Shown: positions 39,873 through 50,025 of the stretch, one piece after another
Layout of the letters: each line of letters starts with the position of its first letter
Position numbering within the stretch: position 1 is the stretch's first letter
Assembly: GCA_035304545.1 (NCBI GenBank)
Contig: DATGPV010000032.1
Span: 10,589-74,588, forward strand
DNA: 64,000 nt
Reading direction: 5' to 3'
Origin: Limnochordales bacterium
GTDB lineage: Bacteria; Bacillota; Limnochordia; Limnochordales; ZCTH02-B6
Made by a program: the position numbers and the translations under genes
The notes under the pieces: model-generated
What the model saw: only the letters and a program-made list of their open reading frames with translations
What the model was told of the DNA's origin: nothing
Database searches by the model: none

Positions 39873-42335
39873 ATGGCCCTTGAGTTCAGCGAAGAGCGCA
39901 TCCTCCCGGTTCGCGTGGACGAGGAGATGAAGCGCTCCTACATCGACTACGCGATGAGCGTCATCGTGGACCGGGCCTTGCCCGACGTCCGCGACGGCCT
40001 GAAACCGGTGCAGCGGCGGATCCTGTACGGCATGTATGAGCTGGGCCTCCGGCCCGACCGCCAGCACCGCAAGTCGGCCCGCATCGTGGGCGATGTCATG
40101 GGGAAATACCATCCCCACGGCGACGCCGCCATCTACGACGCGATGGTGCGCATGGCCCAGGAATTTAACTTCCGCTACCCGCTGGTGGACGGCCACGGCA
40201 ACTTCGGCAGCGTGGACGGCGATCCGCCCGCGGCCATGCGCTATACGGAAGCCCGCCTGTCCCAGCTGGCCATGGAGATGCTGCGGGACATCGACAAGGA
40301 CACCGTCGACTTCGTCCCCAACTTTGACGAAACCATGGAGCAGCCCGCGGTGCTGCCTTCCCGGGTGCCCAACCTGCTTATCAACGGCGCGGCGGGCATC
40401 GCGGTGGGCATGGCCACCAACATCCCGCCCCACAACCTGCGGGAAGTGGTGGACGGCCTCGTTCTCCTCATCGACAACCCTGACGCGGACCTCAAGGACC
40501 TGATGAAGGTCATAAAGGGCCCCGATTTTCCCACCGGCGCGCTCATCCTGGGCCGGGAAGGGATTAAGGAAGCCTATGCGACGGGGCGGGGCCGCATCAA
40601 GGTGCGGGCCAAGGCCCGTATCGAGCAGATGGGCAACGGCCGCCAGCGCATCGTCATCACCGAGATCCCCTACAACGTCAACAAGGCCAGCTTGATCGCC
40701 AAGATCGCAGAGCTCCACCGCAACAAGCAGGTGGATGGCATCACCGACCTGCGGGACGAGTCGGACCGCACCGGCATGCGCATCGTGGTGGAGCTGCGCC
40801 GGGACGCCAACGCCCGGGTGGTCCTCAACCGGCTCTACCGCCATACGCAGCTGGAGGACACCTTTGGTGTCATCATGCTGGCGCTGGTGGACGGCGAGCC
40901 CAAGGTGCTCAGCCTCAAGGAAGCCCTCCAGCACTACCTGAAGCACCAGGAAGAGGTCGTCGTCCGGCGCACCCGCTTTGAGCTGCGGCGGGCCGAGGAG
41001 CGGGCCCACATCCTGGAGGGCCTGCGCATCGCCCTGGACCATATCGACGAGATCATCGCCCTCATCCGCCGCTCCAAGTCCGACAACGAGGCCAAGCAGG
41101 GCCTTATGGAGCGGTTTGGCCTGACGGAAAAGCAGGCCGTGGCCATTCTGGACATGCAGCTGCGGCGCCTGACGGGGCTGGAGCGGGAGAAGATCGAGGC
41201 CGAGTACCAGGAGCTGCTTAAGACCATCGCCCGCCTGCGGGAGATCCTGGGTGATATCCGCAAGGTGTACGAGGTCATCAAGGAAGAGCTGCTGGAGATC
41301 AAGGAAAAGTACGGCGACAACCGGCGGACCCAGATCACCAGCGCCGCGGCGGAGCTGGCCGAGGAGGACTTGATCGCGGACGAGGACGTGGTCGTCACCG
41401 TCACCCACTTGGGCTACATCAAGCGCCTGCCTCTCACCGCCTACCGCTCCCAGCGCCGCGGCGGCCGGGGCATCACCGCCATCAGCACCCGCGAAGAGGA
41501 CTTTGTGGAGCAGCTGTTTGTCACCAGCACCCACAGCTACATCCTGTTCTTCAGCGATAAGGGCAAGGTCTACCGGATCAAGGCCCACGAAGTGCCCGAG
41601 GTGGGGCGGGCAGCCCGGGGCACGGCCATCGTCAACTTGATCCAGCTGCCCCGGGACGAGCGCATCAAGACAGCCATCACCATCCGGGAGTACGACGAGG
41701 GCCACTATCTCTTTATGGCCACCAAGCGGGGCATCGTCAAGAAAACGGTACTGACGGAATTTGACAGCCCCCGGCACGGCCTCATCGGCATTTTGCTGGA
41801 TGAGGAGGACGAGCTGGTGGGCGTGCGCCTCACCGACGGCACCGAGCACGTGCTCCTGGTGACCGCCCAGGGCCAGGCCATCCGGTTTCCCGAAGAAGAC
41901 GTGCGGCCCATGGGGCGCGCCGCCCGGGGCGTGCGGGGCATCGCGCTGGCCGCGGGGGATCACGTGGTGGGGCTGGACGTGGTCCGGCCCGACGCGGACC
42001 TGCTGGTGGTCAGCCAGAAGGGCTTTGGCAAGCGGACGCCCCTGGATGAGTACCGCGTCACGGGACGGGGCGGCAAGGGCATCCGCACCTTGCAGATCAC
42101 CGAGAAGAACGGTCCCATCGTCGCCTGCAAGGTGGTGCGGGACGGCGATGAGGTCATGCTCATCAGCGCCGAAGGGATTATGATCCGCATGCCGGTGGAC
42201 GACATTTCCCGCCAAGGCCGGGCCACCCAGGGCGTGCGGGTCATGCGCCTGGACGAAGGCGACCACGCCGTGGCGGCGGCCCTCATCGCCGACGAGGACG
42301 ACGACGGCGAGGATGGGCAGGGGCGGCTCCTCTAA
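39873..42335 (+). CDS. gyrA: DNA gyrase subunit A
   Basis: 820 aa: [30 protein letters not shown]...[17 protein letters not shown]...[10 protein letters not shown] (active-site Tyr), beta-pinwheel repeats and an acidic tail. ATG follows GAGGAG. Confidence 0.95.
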   Translation: MALEFSEERILPVRVDEEMKRSYIDYAMSVIVDRALPDVRDGLKPVQRRILYGMYELGLRPDRQHRKSARIVGDVMGKYHPHGDAAIYDAMVRMAQEFNFRYPLVDGHGNFGSVDGDPPAAMRYTEARLSQLAMEMLRDIDKDTVDFVPNFDETMEQPAVLPSRVPNLLINGAAGIAVGMATNIPPHNLREVVDGLVLLIDNPDADLKDLMKVIKGPDFPTGALILGREGIKEAYATGRGRIKVRAKARIEQMGNGRQRIVITEIPYNVNKASLIAKIAELHRNKQVDGITDLRDESDRTGMRIVVELRRDANARVVLNRLYRHTQLEDTFGVIMLALVDGEPKVLSLKEALQHYLKHQEEVVVRRTRFELRRAEERAHILEGLRIALDHIDEIIALIRRSKSDNEAKQGLMERFGLTEKQAVAILDMQLRRLTGLEREKIEAEYQELLKTIARLREILGDIRKVYEVIKEELLEIKEKYGDNRRTQITSAAAELAEEDLIADEDVVVTVTHLGYIKRLPLTAYRSQRRGGRGITAISTREEDFVEQLFVTSTHSYILFFSDKGKVYRIKAHEVPEVGRAARGTAIVNLIQLPRDERIKTAITIREYDEGHYLFMATKRGIVKKTVLTEFDSPRHGLIGILLDEEDELVGVRLTDGTEHVLLVTAQGQAIRFPEEDVRPMGRAARGVRGIALAAGDHVVGLDVVRPDADLLVVSQKGFGKRTPLDEYRVTGRGGKGIRTLQITEKNGPIVACKVVRDGDEVMLISAEGIMIRMPVDDISRQGRATQGVRVMRLDEGDHAVAAALIADEDDDGEDGQGRLL

Positions 42336-42377
42336 GCCGCGGGGCGCGGCCGGGCCGGGGCGGACGGGCCCTGCGAT

Positions 42378-42407
42378 TTGACGGGTCTTGCGGACGTGTG
42401 CTATCAT
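42378..42407 (+). promoter_or_regulatory. Promoter-like element TTGACG-18 nt-TGcTATCAT upstream of the tRNA pair
   Basis: -35 TTGACG at 42378-42383 and an extended -10 TG-c-TATCAT at 42399-42407, 14 nt before the tRNA-Ile 5' end. Confidence 0.5.
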
Positions 42408-42420
42408 CTACAAGCGCAGC

Positions 42421-42497
<77 letters not shown>

Positions 42498-42506
42498 AGC
42501 GCCTAA

Positions 42507-42582
42507 GGGGCCGTAGCTCAGCTGGGAGAGCGCCTGCCTTGCACGCAGGAGGTCGGCGGTTCGAGCCCGCTCGGCTCCACCA
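42507..42582 (+). tRNA. tRNA-Ala (anticodon UGC), CCA encoded
   Basis: Acceptor GGGGCCG/CGGCTCC with G3:U70, anticodon stem-loop CCTGC-CTTGCAC-GCAGG, T arm GGCGG-TTCGAGC-CCGCT, then A-CCA. Confidence 0.95.
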
Positions 42583-42584
42583 TG

Positions 42585-42618
42585 AACGCCTCCCGGACCC
42601 GTTCCGGCAGGCGTTTTT
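42585..42618 (+). terminator. Rho-independent terminator after the tRNA pair
   Basis: AACGCCT-C-CCGGA-cccgt-TCCGG-c-AGGCGTT followed by TTTT. Confidence 0.6.
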
Positions 42619-42661
42619 CATTGCGCCGGTCCGCGGAGGGCCAACCCGGGGGTGAAGGTGG

Positions 42662-43099
42662 GTGGCTTCGTCAGGACGCCGGTGGCTGCGGGCAGCGGCC
42701 TGGGCTACCCTGGTTTCGGCCGGCACCGGCGTCATGCTGTCGGTGCCCCCGGTCTCGGTGTTCATCTTCCCCGTGTACCCCCAGGTGCACGTCCTGCACG
42801 GCTGGATCAGCCTCGCGGCGGCCGTGCCCTTTGTCGTGGCCGTGGTGGGCCACGGGCTGCCGGCCTGGCGGACCCGGGGGTTTGGGCCGGCCACCCGCTC
42901 GGGACTGGCGGTTTCCGTCGCGTTTCCCCTGGCGCTGGCGTCGGGCGTGTATCACATGCAGCTGCCCGGCACCGTGCCCTGGGTGTTAGTGGCGCATTTC
43001 GCCAGCGGGCTGGGGGCGCTGGTGGCCGCGTACGTCCACAGCGCGCGGCCCAGCCCCCGCCCTGTCCGCCGCGGCCCGGCGCCCGGCGCCGGCGGCTGA
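42662..43099 (+). CDS. Hypothetical 4-TM membrane protein with conserved-looking His residues (DUF4405-like?)
   Basis: 145 aa, high GC3, with hydrophobic segments: VMLSVPPVSVFIFPVY, HVLHGWISLAAAVPFVVAVVGH, GLAVSVAFPLALASGVYH, WVLVAHFASGLGALVAAYVH. The competing frame 42652.. is Arg/Gly/Pro junk up to 43203. Confidence 0.5.
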   Translation: MASSGRRWLRAAAWATLVSAGTGVMLSVPPVSVFIFPVYPQVHVLHGWISLAAAVPFVVAVVGHGLPAWRTRGFGPATRSGLAVSVAFPLALASGVYHMQLPGTVPWVLVAHFASGLGALVAAYVHSARPSPRPVRRGPAPGAGG

Positions 43100-43203
43100 G
43101 GGCCGCCCGTGGGACAAGCAGGACAAAAGGGACAGGTCCCGGCGGAGGCGTCCCGGCGCACCGCGGACCGCCGGGGCGCGCAGCATGCGAGGGAGGCGAT
43201 CCC

Positions 43204-44055
43204 GTGACCGCGCCGCCGCAGCCCATCGTGAGCCCCCAGTGGCTGGCCCAGCGGCTGGGGGACCCCGACGTGGTGGTGGCCGACTGCCGCTTTGACCTGG
43301 CGGACCCCGAAGCTGGCCGCCGGGCTTATGCCGCGGGCCACATCCCCGGTGCCGTCTACTTTGATCTCGAGGAAGACTTGTCGGCTCCGGCCCAGCGGCC
43401 CGGGGGCCGGCATCCCCTGCCGGACGTGGACGAGCTCTGCCGCCAGCTGGGCCAGGCCGGCATCGGTCCTGGCGTGACGGTGGTGTGCTACGACGACCAG
43501 CAGGGCGCGATGGCCGCTCGCCTGTGGTGGATGCTGCGCTGGCTGGGCCACGACGCGGCGGCCGTTTTAGACGGCGGCTTTGCCGGGTGGCGGCGGGCGG
43601 GGCTCCCCGTCACCGACGCGCCGGCAAACCCAACGCCCCGCCGCTTTGTGCCCGCGCCGCGGCCCGAGCTGGTCGCGTCCGCGGAGGACGTGCAGCGCCT
43701 GGTGCAGGAGGGCCGGGGCGTGCTGGTGGACTCCCGGGCTCCCGAACGCTACCGGGGGGAGCTGGAGCCCATCGACCCCGTGGCCGGGCACATTCCCGGC
43801 GCCCGCAACTTGCCCTGGATGGACAACGTGGACGCGGACGGCCGCTGGCGCCATCCCGGGGAGCTGGCCCGCCGCTTTGCGGGGCTGGTCGGGGAGGAGC
43901 CGGTGGTGGTGTACTGCGGCTCCGGCGTGACGGCCTGCGCCAACTTGCTGGCCATGGCCTACGCGGGCGTGCCCGTGCAGCCCCGCCTGTACGTGGGCGG
44001 GTGGAGCGACTGGTGCACCCGGCCGGGCAGCCCGGTGGCCAAGGTTGACACGTAG
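43204..44055 (+). CDS. sseA: 3-mercaptopyruvate/thiosulfate sulfurtransferase (tandem rhodanese, SseA-type)
   Basis: VTAPPQPIVSPQWLAQRLGDPDVVVADCRF...YAAGHIPGAVYFD...ERYRGE...GHIPGARNLPW...VVVYCGSGVTACANLL (CGSGVTA active-site loop). GTG at 43204 lies 7 nt after GGGAGG. Confidence 0.9.
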   Translation: MTAPPQPIVSPQWLAQRLGDPDVVVADCRFDLADPEAGRRAYAAGHIPGAVYFDLEEDLSAPAQRPGGRHPLPDVDELCRQLGQAGIGPGVTVVCYDDQQGAMAARLWWMLRWLGHDAAAVLDGGFAGWRRAGLPVTDAPANPTPRRFVPAPRPELVASAEDVQRLVQEGRGVLVDSRAPERYRGELEPIDPVAGHIPGARNLPWMDNVDADGRWRHPGELARRFAGLVGEEPVVVYCGSGVTACANLLAMAYAGVPVQPRLYVGGWSDWCTRPGSPVAKVDT

Positions 44056-44093
44056 CCGCCCGCGGTGCTATATTCATCATCGTCGACTGTCGA
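44045..44093 (+). promoter_or_regulatory. Promoter TTGACA-18 nt-TGcTATATT followed by palindrome TCGACTGTCGA (candidate ArsR-type operator)
   Basis: -35 at 44045-44050 (inside the last sseA codons), -10 at 44069-44074 with an upstream TG, and an 11-bp palindrome at 44083-44093. About 100 nt upstream of the ArsR-family gene. Confidence 0.5.
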
Positions 44094-44177
44094 TTTAGTG
44101 CGAAACCCGGCCCGGACGGCCCTTAAGGACTGTCTTGCTGCCGGGGGAGAGGAATCGGGGAGGGAAAGGAAGCGGCC

Positions 44178-44537
44178 ATGACGCGCGATATAAGGCCAGG
44201 CACGGCAACCGATGCTCCCGCCGTCCTGGAGCCGGCCCCGGTGGCCGCGGACGCCCGGGACGAGGAGCTGGCCGTAGCCGCACGCGCCTTGGCCCATCCG
44301 GTGCGCATCCGCATCCTCCGGCGGCTGGGCCTGGAGGGCTCCTACTGCGGAGATCTGGTGGAGCTGCTGGGTTTGGCCCAGTCCACCGTTTCCCACCATT
44401 TGCGCATCCTCCGGGAAGCCGGCCTCATCGAAGGCGAGGAACAAGGCCCGGCCACCTGCTACCGGGTCCATCGGGAGCGGTGCGCGGCCGTGTGCAACCT
44501 GGTGCGGGAAATCTTGGGCGAGCCCATCGGGCTCTGA
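44178..44537 (+). CDS. ArsR/SmtB family transcriptional regulator (possible BigR/SqrR-like thiol sensor)
   Basis: ALAHPVRIRILRRLGLEGSYCGDLVELLGLAQSTVSHHLRILREAGLI; Cys57 lies in the ELCVCDL-equivalent position, with C-terminal Cys94/102/106. Confidence 0.85.
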   Translation: MTRDIRPGTATDAPAVLEPAPVAADARDEELAVAARALAHPVRIRILRRLGLEGSYCGDLVELLGLAQSTVSHHLRILREAGLIEGEEQGPATCYRVHRERCAAVCNLVREILGEPIGL

Positions 44538-44804
44538 GGGTCGGCGGGGAGGCGGGGCGCCGCGGGCCCTTCCCACGGGCAGGGGGCGCCGTCGCCCTCT
44601 GATCCGCGGCTGCGCTGACCTGGCCTCTTTGCACAGGTTACATCGCCCTTCGCCGATGGGCGATGAAGCGGCCGGCGCCGGCAGCGCCTGGCCGCCGAGC
44701 GCCGGCCCGGGGACGCGCAACCCCGGGCGGATCCGGACCGCAACATGAAGGGTCCGGGGACGCCTTGCCTGGAAGGCTGCCTGGGAAAGGGGGGAGAAGG
44801 AGCC

Positions 44805-45011
44805 ATGCCCAACTACGCCTTTCGCTGCAACGGGTGCGGGCACGAGTTTGAAGTGCAGACGTCCTGGTCGGCCAAGGCCGACGTGGTATGCCCCGAGTGC
44901 GGCGCGGGCGACCTTAAGGAGCTCTTTGGCCGCTACCGGTTCTTGACCACCGGCGGCTCGTCGGGCGGCAGCACCGGCGGCGGCTCCGTCCAGGGGTCGG
45001 GCTTCACTTGA
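44805..45011 (+). CDS. FmdB family zinc-ribbon protein
   Basis: MPNYAFRCNGCGHEFEVQTSWSAKADVVCPECGAGDLKELFG plus a Gly/Ser tail. ATG follows GGAGAAGGAG. Confidence 0.8.
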   Translation: MPNYAFRCNGCGHEFEVQTSWSAKADVVCPECGAGDLKELFGRYRFLTTGGSSGGSTGGGSVQGSGFT

Positions 45012-45028
45012 GCGGCTTGTTGAGGACG

Positions 45029-45056
45029 GGGGGACCGGCGGTCCCCCTTAATTTTT
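45029..45056. terminator. Hairpin GGGGGACC-ggc-GGTCCCCC + TTAATTTTT (terminator between convergent genes)
   Basis: Read directly, downstream of the FmdB-family gene stop (45011) and of the convergent DUF4363 gene (45076). Confidence 0.6.
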
Positions 45057-45075
45057 CCCGGCTGAGGCCGCGGCG

Positions 45076-45474
45076 CTAAAACAAGTTGCGCAACAGCAGC
45101 CGGTCCCGCTCGGGCAGGTTGAGGATCCGCTCCCGGGCCAAGAGCAGAGGGCTCAAGGCGGCGGGGTCCCGGGCCCGGACCAGCGTTTCCGCCTCCAGGA
45201 GGGTTTCGGCGATCTGCTGCAGCAGGTCGTGCTCGGTGTGCAGGGCCAGCCAGCGCCGGGCCTGCTCCCATTGGTCCCGCACCTGGGCCACCGCCTCTTG
45301 GGCGGCCGTCCAGTCGCCCTCGGCCAGGGCCGCGTGGCCCCGGTCCAGGCGGCCGGCGAGATCCCGGGCCAGGGCCGCCTGCGCCCCGATAAGCCCGTAC
45401 ACCCCGGCCACGCCCAGCGCGGTGATGAGCCAGAGGGTGCAGAAGATCCAGTCGCTGGCCCGGCGGCGCGTCAT
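45076..45474 (-). CDS. DUF4363 family protein (single N-terminal TM)
   Basis: MTRRRASDWIFCTLWLITALGVAGVYG...GDWTAAQEAVAQVRDQWEQARRWLALHTEHDLLQQI. The ATG overlaps the stop of the DUF421 gene (ATGA), and the pairing with DUF421 is typical. Confidence 0.7.
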   Translation of the reverse strand: MTRRRASDWIFCTLWLITALGVAGVYGLIGAQAALARDLAGRLDRGHAALAEGDWTAAQEAVAQVRDQWEQARRWLALHTEHDLLQQIAETLLEAETLVRARDPAALSPLLLARERILNLPERDRLLLRNLF

Positions 45475-46154
45475 GCCCGCGGGCTCCCCTTGGGCTGGCA
45501 AAAGAAGCGGCCCTGGGTGTCCAGCGCGGCGTAGAGCACGGTCCGGGGATCCTCGATGCCATGGGCCCGCATCTGCCCCTGCAGCCAATCCATGTCCAGC
45601 CCGATCCGGGCCAAGTTGCGGTGGTCCACCTCGCCGTCCACGATGAGGGGCGTCGGCAGCCCCTCATACTGGGTCGGTACTCCCAGATCGGCGGGCGTCA
45701 CCGGCCGGCGCTGGGAGCGGGGAACGATGCTGAGCTGGCCGTTGGTTTCCAGCACCGCGAACTCCACGTCCTCCACATGGGGGTACCCCCCGATGCGCAG
45801 CTGTTCCAAGAGGTCGTTGACGTTGTAGCGCAGCTCCTGCATGGCCGCTTCGACGATGCGCCCGTTGGCCACCACCACCGTGGGCCGGCCGCTGATGAGG
45901 GCCCGGGCCCGGGTGCTCCTGAGGGAGATGTAGGAAACCGTGAAAGACGCCACCAGCAGCGCGAAAACGCCCACCAGCCCGTTCACCAGCGGCGTGCCCG
46001 TGTCGGCCATGGGGATCGCGGCCACGTCGGCAAAGAGGATAAGGGTGACCAGCTCATAGGGCTGCAGGGTGGTGACCTGGCGCTTGCCCAGGACCCGCAG
46101 GAAGAGCAGCAGGGTGAAATAGAGGATCATCACCCGCACAAACACGATCAGCAC
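45471..46154 (-). CDS. DUF421 (YetF-like) membrane protein
   Basis: MLIVFVRVMILYFTLLLFLRVLGKRQVTTLQPYELVTLILFADVAA...ISGRPTVVVANGRIVEAAMQELRYNVNDLLEQLR. Confidence 0.8.
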   Translation of the reverse strand: MLIVFVRVMILYFTLLLFLRVLGKRQVTTLQPYELVTLILFADVAAIPMADTGTPLVNGLVGVFALLVASFTVSYISLRSTRARALISGRPTVVVANGRIVEAAMQELRYNVNDLLEQLRIGGYPHVEDVEFAVLETNGQLSIVPRSQRRPVTPADLGVPTQYEGLPTPLIVDGEVDHRNLARIGLDMDWLQGQMRAHGIEDPRTVLYAALDTQGRFFCQPKGSPRA

Positions 46155-46222
46155 GCGGCCCCACCCCTTGCGCGGATCGTCCTCCGCTTCAGTATGGGGG
46201 CGGGGCCGGCGCCTTTATGCGG

Positions 46223-46762
46223 TCAATAGTACGGGGAAATCATGATGTAGACCAGCACGCCGGTCAAGCTCACATACAGCCACAGGGGCATGGCCCAGCG
46301 GGCGATGCGCCGGTGGCGGGCCACCTCCAGATTCAAGCCTGTGAAGAGGGCAAAGAGGGCCAAAGGCACGATGACCGCCGCCAGCACCACGTGGGTGATG
46401 AGGATGAAGTAATACACCGTCCGCAGGAATCCCTGGCCGCCGTAGGGCGTGGAGGGCGCGAGGGTGTGATAGGTCAGGTAGGTGATGAGGAAAAGCGCCG
46501 TGGTGGCGAAGGCCGCCAAGATGAAGCGGCGGTGGGTTTCCCGCTGCTTGCGGCGGATCGCGATGTAGCCGGCCAGCAGAAACACAAAGGTGAAGCTGTT
46601 GAAGATCGCGTTGGCCAGCGGCAGCACGGTCAGATCGAAACCCACGTCGCGGGCGGCGTCGCCCCGCAGGAAAAAGAGGAGCATGACCACCGCGACGATG
46701 AGGATGGACACCGCGGCCACCAGCGGCGTGTAGTTGCGGACGGGCCCCTTGCCGGTGGGCAA
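46223..46762 (-). CDS. DUF420 family membrane protein
   Basis: 179 aa, 4-5 TM: NAIFNSFTFVFLLAGYIAIRRKQRETHRRFILAAF...ILITHVVLAAVIVPLALF...ARHRRIARWAMPLWLYVSLTGVLVY. Confidence 0.8.
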   Translation of the reverse strand: MPTGKGPVRNYTPLVAAVSILIVAVVMLLFFLRGDAARDVGFDLTVLPLANAIFNSFTFVFLLAGYIAIRRKQRETHRRFILAAFATTALFLITYLTYHTLAPSTPYGGQGFLRTVYYFILITHVVLAAVIVPLALFALFTGLNLEVARHRRIARWAMPLWLYVSLTGVLVYIMISPYY

Positions 46763-46792
46763 AAGCGGCCACCTCCTCCAAGAGAGCCGGGC

Positions 46793-48214
46793 CTAGGGCC
46801 AGATGCCCCGCTGCAGGTAGGCCCGGGCGATTTTTTCGATGGCCAGGACAAAGGCCGCGGTCCGCATGTCCTGTGCCTTCGGGTAGCGTTCCATGACCTC
46901 CCAAATCTGCTGGTACGCGGTGCGCATGGTGTCGTCCAGCCCCGACCGCACCAGATCCAGTTCGCTCGCGGGCGTGGTGAGCACCCTTTGCACCGCTTCC
47001 GGCACCGGCCGGCCCGTGAGGGACTGCAGCGCTTCGATGACCTGCAGGCCCCGCATCTCCTCAAAGCGCCGCTCCAGCCGGCCAAAGCGGATGTGGGACA
47101 GGTTCTTGATCCACTCGAAATAAGAAACGGTGACGCCGCCCGCGTTGGCGTAGATGTCGGGAATGATGAACTTGCCCCGCTCCCGCAAGATCTCGTCGGC
47201 CGCGGCGGTGGTGGGGCCGTTGGCGGCTTCCACGATGAGCTTGGCCTGGATGCGGGGGGCGTTTTCCGCGGTGATCTGGCTTTCCAGGGCCGCCGGGATG
47301 AGGATGTCGCAGTCCTCCTCCAGCAGGCGCCGCCCGTCTTCGATGTAGGTCGCGCCGGCAAACCCCTTGACGCCCCGGTGCTGCGCCAGGTGGGCCTTGA
47401 CGGCTTCCACATCGAGGCCCTTCTCGTCGTAGAGAGCGCCGTCCCACTCCACGATGCCGATGATCTTGGCGCCGTCTTCCTCCGCCAGAATCTTGGCCGC
47501 GTGGTAGCCCACATTGCCCAGGCCCTGGATGATGACCCGCTTGTCCGCCAGCCCCCCGTCCAGCCCCGCCCGGCGGACGTGCTCGGGGTGGCGGAAAAAC
47601 TCCCGGAGGGCAAAGACGACGCCCCGGCCGGTGGCCTCCCGGCGCCCGGCGATGCCGCTCATGGTGGGGTCTTTGCCCGTCACCACGGCGATGGCGTTGA
47701 TGTCGTCGGGCCGCAGCGTCTGGTACACGTCCAGGATCCAGGCCATTTCCCGCGGACCGGTGCCCATGTCCGGACCGGGCACGTCGGTGCTGGGGCTGAT
47801 GCCGGCCTTGTGGATGAGCTCCGCGGCAAAGCGGCGGGTGATGGCCTCCAGCTCCTCATCGGTGTAGTCCCGGGGATTGATGTCCAGCGCCCCTTTGGCG
47901 CCGCCGTAGGGCACGTCCACGATCGCGCACTTGTAGGACATGAGGGCGGCCAGGGCCTCCACCTCGTCCTGATGCACCATGGGCCCGTAACGGATGCCGC
48001 CCTTGGCCGGGAGCCGGTGCTCGCTGTGCACGGCCCGCCAGCCCCGGAACACCCGGTACTCGCCGCGGATCTTCACGGGGAACCGCAGTTGGTAGACGAC
48101 CTTGCACTCCCGGATGAGCTGCGCCAGCCCCGGCGGCAAGTCCAGCAGGGCCACCGCCCGCGTGAAGTGGTGGTCGACCGACTCCAGGAACGACATCTCC
48201 TGCTGGACTGCCAT
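46793..48214 (-). CDS. gdh: Glutamate dehydrogenase (Glu/Leu/Phe/Val dehydrogenase family)
   Basis: MAVQQEMSFLES...RLPAKGGIRY...YKCAIVDVPYGGAKGA...VPGPDMGT...IQGLGNVGYH. The third ATG (48214) is chosen because it lies 8 nt after GGAGG. Confidence 0.9.
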   Translation of the reverse strand: MAVQQEMSFLESVDHHFTRAVALLDLPPGLAQLIRECKVVYQLRFPVKIRGEYRVFRGWRAVHSEHRLPAKGGIRYGPMVHQDEVEALAALMSYKCAIVDVPYGGAKGALDINPRDYTDEELEAITRRFAAELIHKAGISPSTDVPGPDMGTGPREMAWILDVYQTLRPDDINAIAVVTGKDPTMSGIAGRREATGRGVVFALREFFRHPEHVRRAGLDGGLADKRVIIQGLGNVGYHAAKILAEEDGAKIIGIVEWDGALYDEKGLDVEAVKAHLAQHRGVKGFAGATYIEDGRRLLEEDCDILIPAALESQITAENAPRIQAKLIVEAANGPTTAAADEILRERGKFIIPDIYANAGGVTVSYFEWIKNLSHIRFGRLERRFEEMRGLQVIEALQSLTGRPVPEAVQRVLTTPASELDLVRSGLDDTMRTAYQQIWEVMERYPKAQDMRTAAFVLAIEKIARAYLQRGIWP

Positions 48215-48498
48215 GTACATCGCCTCCATTGCGATCAATGCGCCTTCATGGCATGGATTAGCCGTGGCGGCGCGGCTTCCTCCTGTCCCGGACCAGGACC
48301 GGACAGACGAAGTGTTCCCGCAGGGACAAATGCCCCAATCTTTCCGGCAAGTGCCCCCTTTTGCCCCGGAGACGCCGCCGGGCAAAGGTCCGGACGGGCG
48401 CCGCGGCGTACTTATACCGTACCGGCCGCACCGGCGCAGCCGAAAGGGAAACCGCGCGGCCGCGGGGGAGCAGGAGCGGCGGACAGGGGGGAATCGGG

Positions 48499-50025
48499 AT
48501 GAGCAGGTTCGTGCAGTGGGAGCAGGTACCGGCGCGCCAGCTGCCCCTGGAAGAGCGGCTCTTGGGTTTCCAGGAAGTGAACCTGGGCTATACTCTAGAG
48601 GAAGCCATCGCGGAAGCCGAGCGCTGCCTGCAGTGCCCCAGCCCCGCGTGCCAGGAGGGCTGCCCCAACGGAAACCCCATCCGGGAGTTCCTGCTGCGGG
48701 TCGCGGAAGGAGATCTCCTGGGGGCGGCGGAGCTGGACTGGTCCCAAAACGCGCTGCCGGCCTGCACGGGCCGGGTGTGCGCTTGGGAATACCAGTGCGA
48801 AGGCTATTGCGTCATGAATCACCGGGGAGATCCGGTCAAGATCGGCGCCATCGAGCGGTTTTTCGCGGACTACGCCCTCAAGCGCCTGGAGCAGGATCCC
48901 GACGCCATCAACTGGCGGGATCCGGACTATGAGCCCCGGGCGCAGCGGGTGGCGGTGGTGGGCGCAGGTCCGGCCGGGCTGGCCGCGGCCCACTTTCTGG
49001 CCCGCAAAGGGTATCCCGTGACCGTCTTTGAGCGCTGGCCGGTGGCGGGCGGCGTGATGGCCTACGGCATCCCCGAATTCGTCCTGCCCCAGGAGGTCAT
49101 TGACCGGGAGGTGCGGCGCCTGGAGCGGATGGGCGTGGAGATCCGCACGGGCGTCACCGTGGGCGAGGACGTGACCATCGATGAACTGTTCCAGCAAGGG
49201 TACGAGGCGGTGTTCGTGGGCGTCGGCGCCAACGAACCGTCCCGCCTGGGCATCGAGGGAGAGGATCTTCCCGGCGTGTGGACGGCCAAGGACTTCCTCA
49301 TGCGGGCCCAGGCCGCCAACCTGCGGGACCGCCTGGCGGGCGCCCTGCCCGAGGAGTGGCTGTCGCCGCCGCCGGTAGGCCGCCGGGTGGCCGTCATCGG
49401 CGCGGGCAATACGGCCATGGACGCGGCCCGCACCGCCCGGCGGCTGGGGGCCCAAGAAGTCATGGTGCTCTACCGCCGGGACGCGGCCTCCAGCCCGTCG
49501 CGGCCCATCGAGGTAGAGCACGCCCAGGCGGAAGGGGTGACCTTCACGTACTTGGTCAATCCGACGCGGTTCATCGCCGGCGACGACGGGCGCGTGGCGG
49601 CGGTGGAGCTGGTGCGCATGCGCCTCACCGCGCCCGACGAGTCGGGCCGGCGCCGGCCGGAGCCCATTCCCGGCAGCCAGTACGTGCTGCCCGTGGACAC
49701 GGTGGTGGTGGCCATCGGATACCAGCAGGAATCCCTCATCGCCGAAACCGCGGGGCTGGCTACCACCAAGTGGGGTACGCTGATCATCGACGAGGAGACG
49801 GGCGCCACCAGCCGGCCGGGCGTCTTCGCCGGGGGGGACTGCGTCACGGGTCCCAATACGGTCATCCACGCCATCGCGGCCGGGCGTAAGGCGGCGGCGG
49901 GCATCCACCAGTACCTGCAGGCCAAGGCGGGCGGCAGCGCAGCCCGGGCCCGATCCAACGGCGCCGCGGGCCGCGGCGCGTCACGCCGGAACGCGAGCCG
50001 GCGGCTCCTTTTGAGCCGCCGCTAG
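48499..50025 (+). CDS. GltD/NfnB-like NAD(P)H-dependent FAD oxidoreductase (glutamate synthase small-subunit family)
   Basis: MSRFVQWEQVP...EAERCLQCPSPACQEGCPNGNPIREFL...VAVVGAGPAGLAAAHFLARKGYPVTVFE...VAVIGAGNTAMDAART. No gltB-like large subunit is present in the window. The 3' end overlaps the convergent HD-GYP gene by 45 nt. Confidence 0.85.
   Translation: MSRFVQWEQVPARQLPLEERLLGFQEVNLGYTLEEAIAEAERCLQCPSPACQEGCPNGNPIREFLLRVAEGDLLGAAELDWSQNALPACTGRVCAWEYQCEGYCVMNHRGDPVKIGAIERFFADYALKRLEQDPDAINWRDPDYEPRAQRVAVVGAGPAGLAAAHFLARKGYPVTVFERWPVAGGVMAYGIPEFVLPQEVIDREVRRLERMGVEIRTGVTVGEDVTIDELFQQGYEAVFVGVGANEPSRLGIEGEDLPGVWTAKDFLMRAQAANLRDRLAGALPEEWLSPPPVGRRVAVIGAGNTAMDAARTARRLGAQEVMVLYRRDAASSPSRPIEVEHAQAEGVTFTYLVNPTRFIAGDDGRVAAVELVRMRLTAPDESGRRRPEPIPGSQYVLPVDTVVVAIGYQQESLIAETAGLATTKWGTLIIDEETGATSRPGVFAGGDCVTGPNTVIHAIAAGRKAAAGIHQYLQAKAGGSAARARSNGAAGRGASRRNASRRLLLSRR

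Noticed and set aside
42652-43203. Upstream 184 codons of the rhodanese ORF (track ORF 42652..44055).
   Set aside because: The sequence is Gly/Arg/Pro-rich, with no rhodanese similarity. A different frame in the same region encodes a plausible 4-TM protein, and GTG 43204 has a good RBS.
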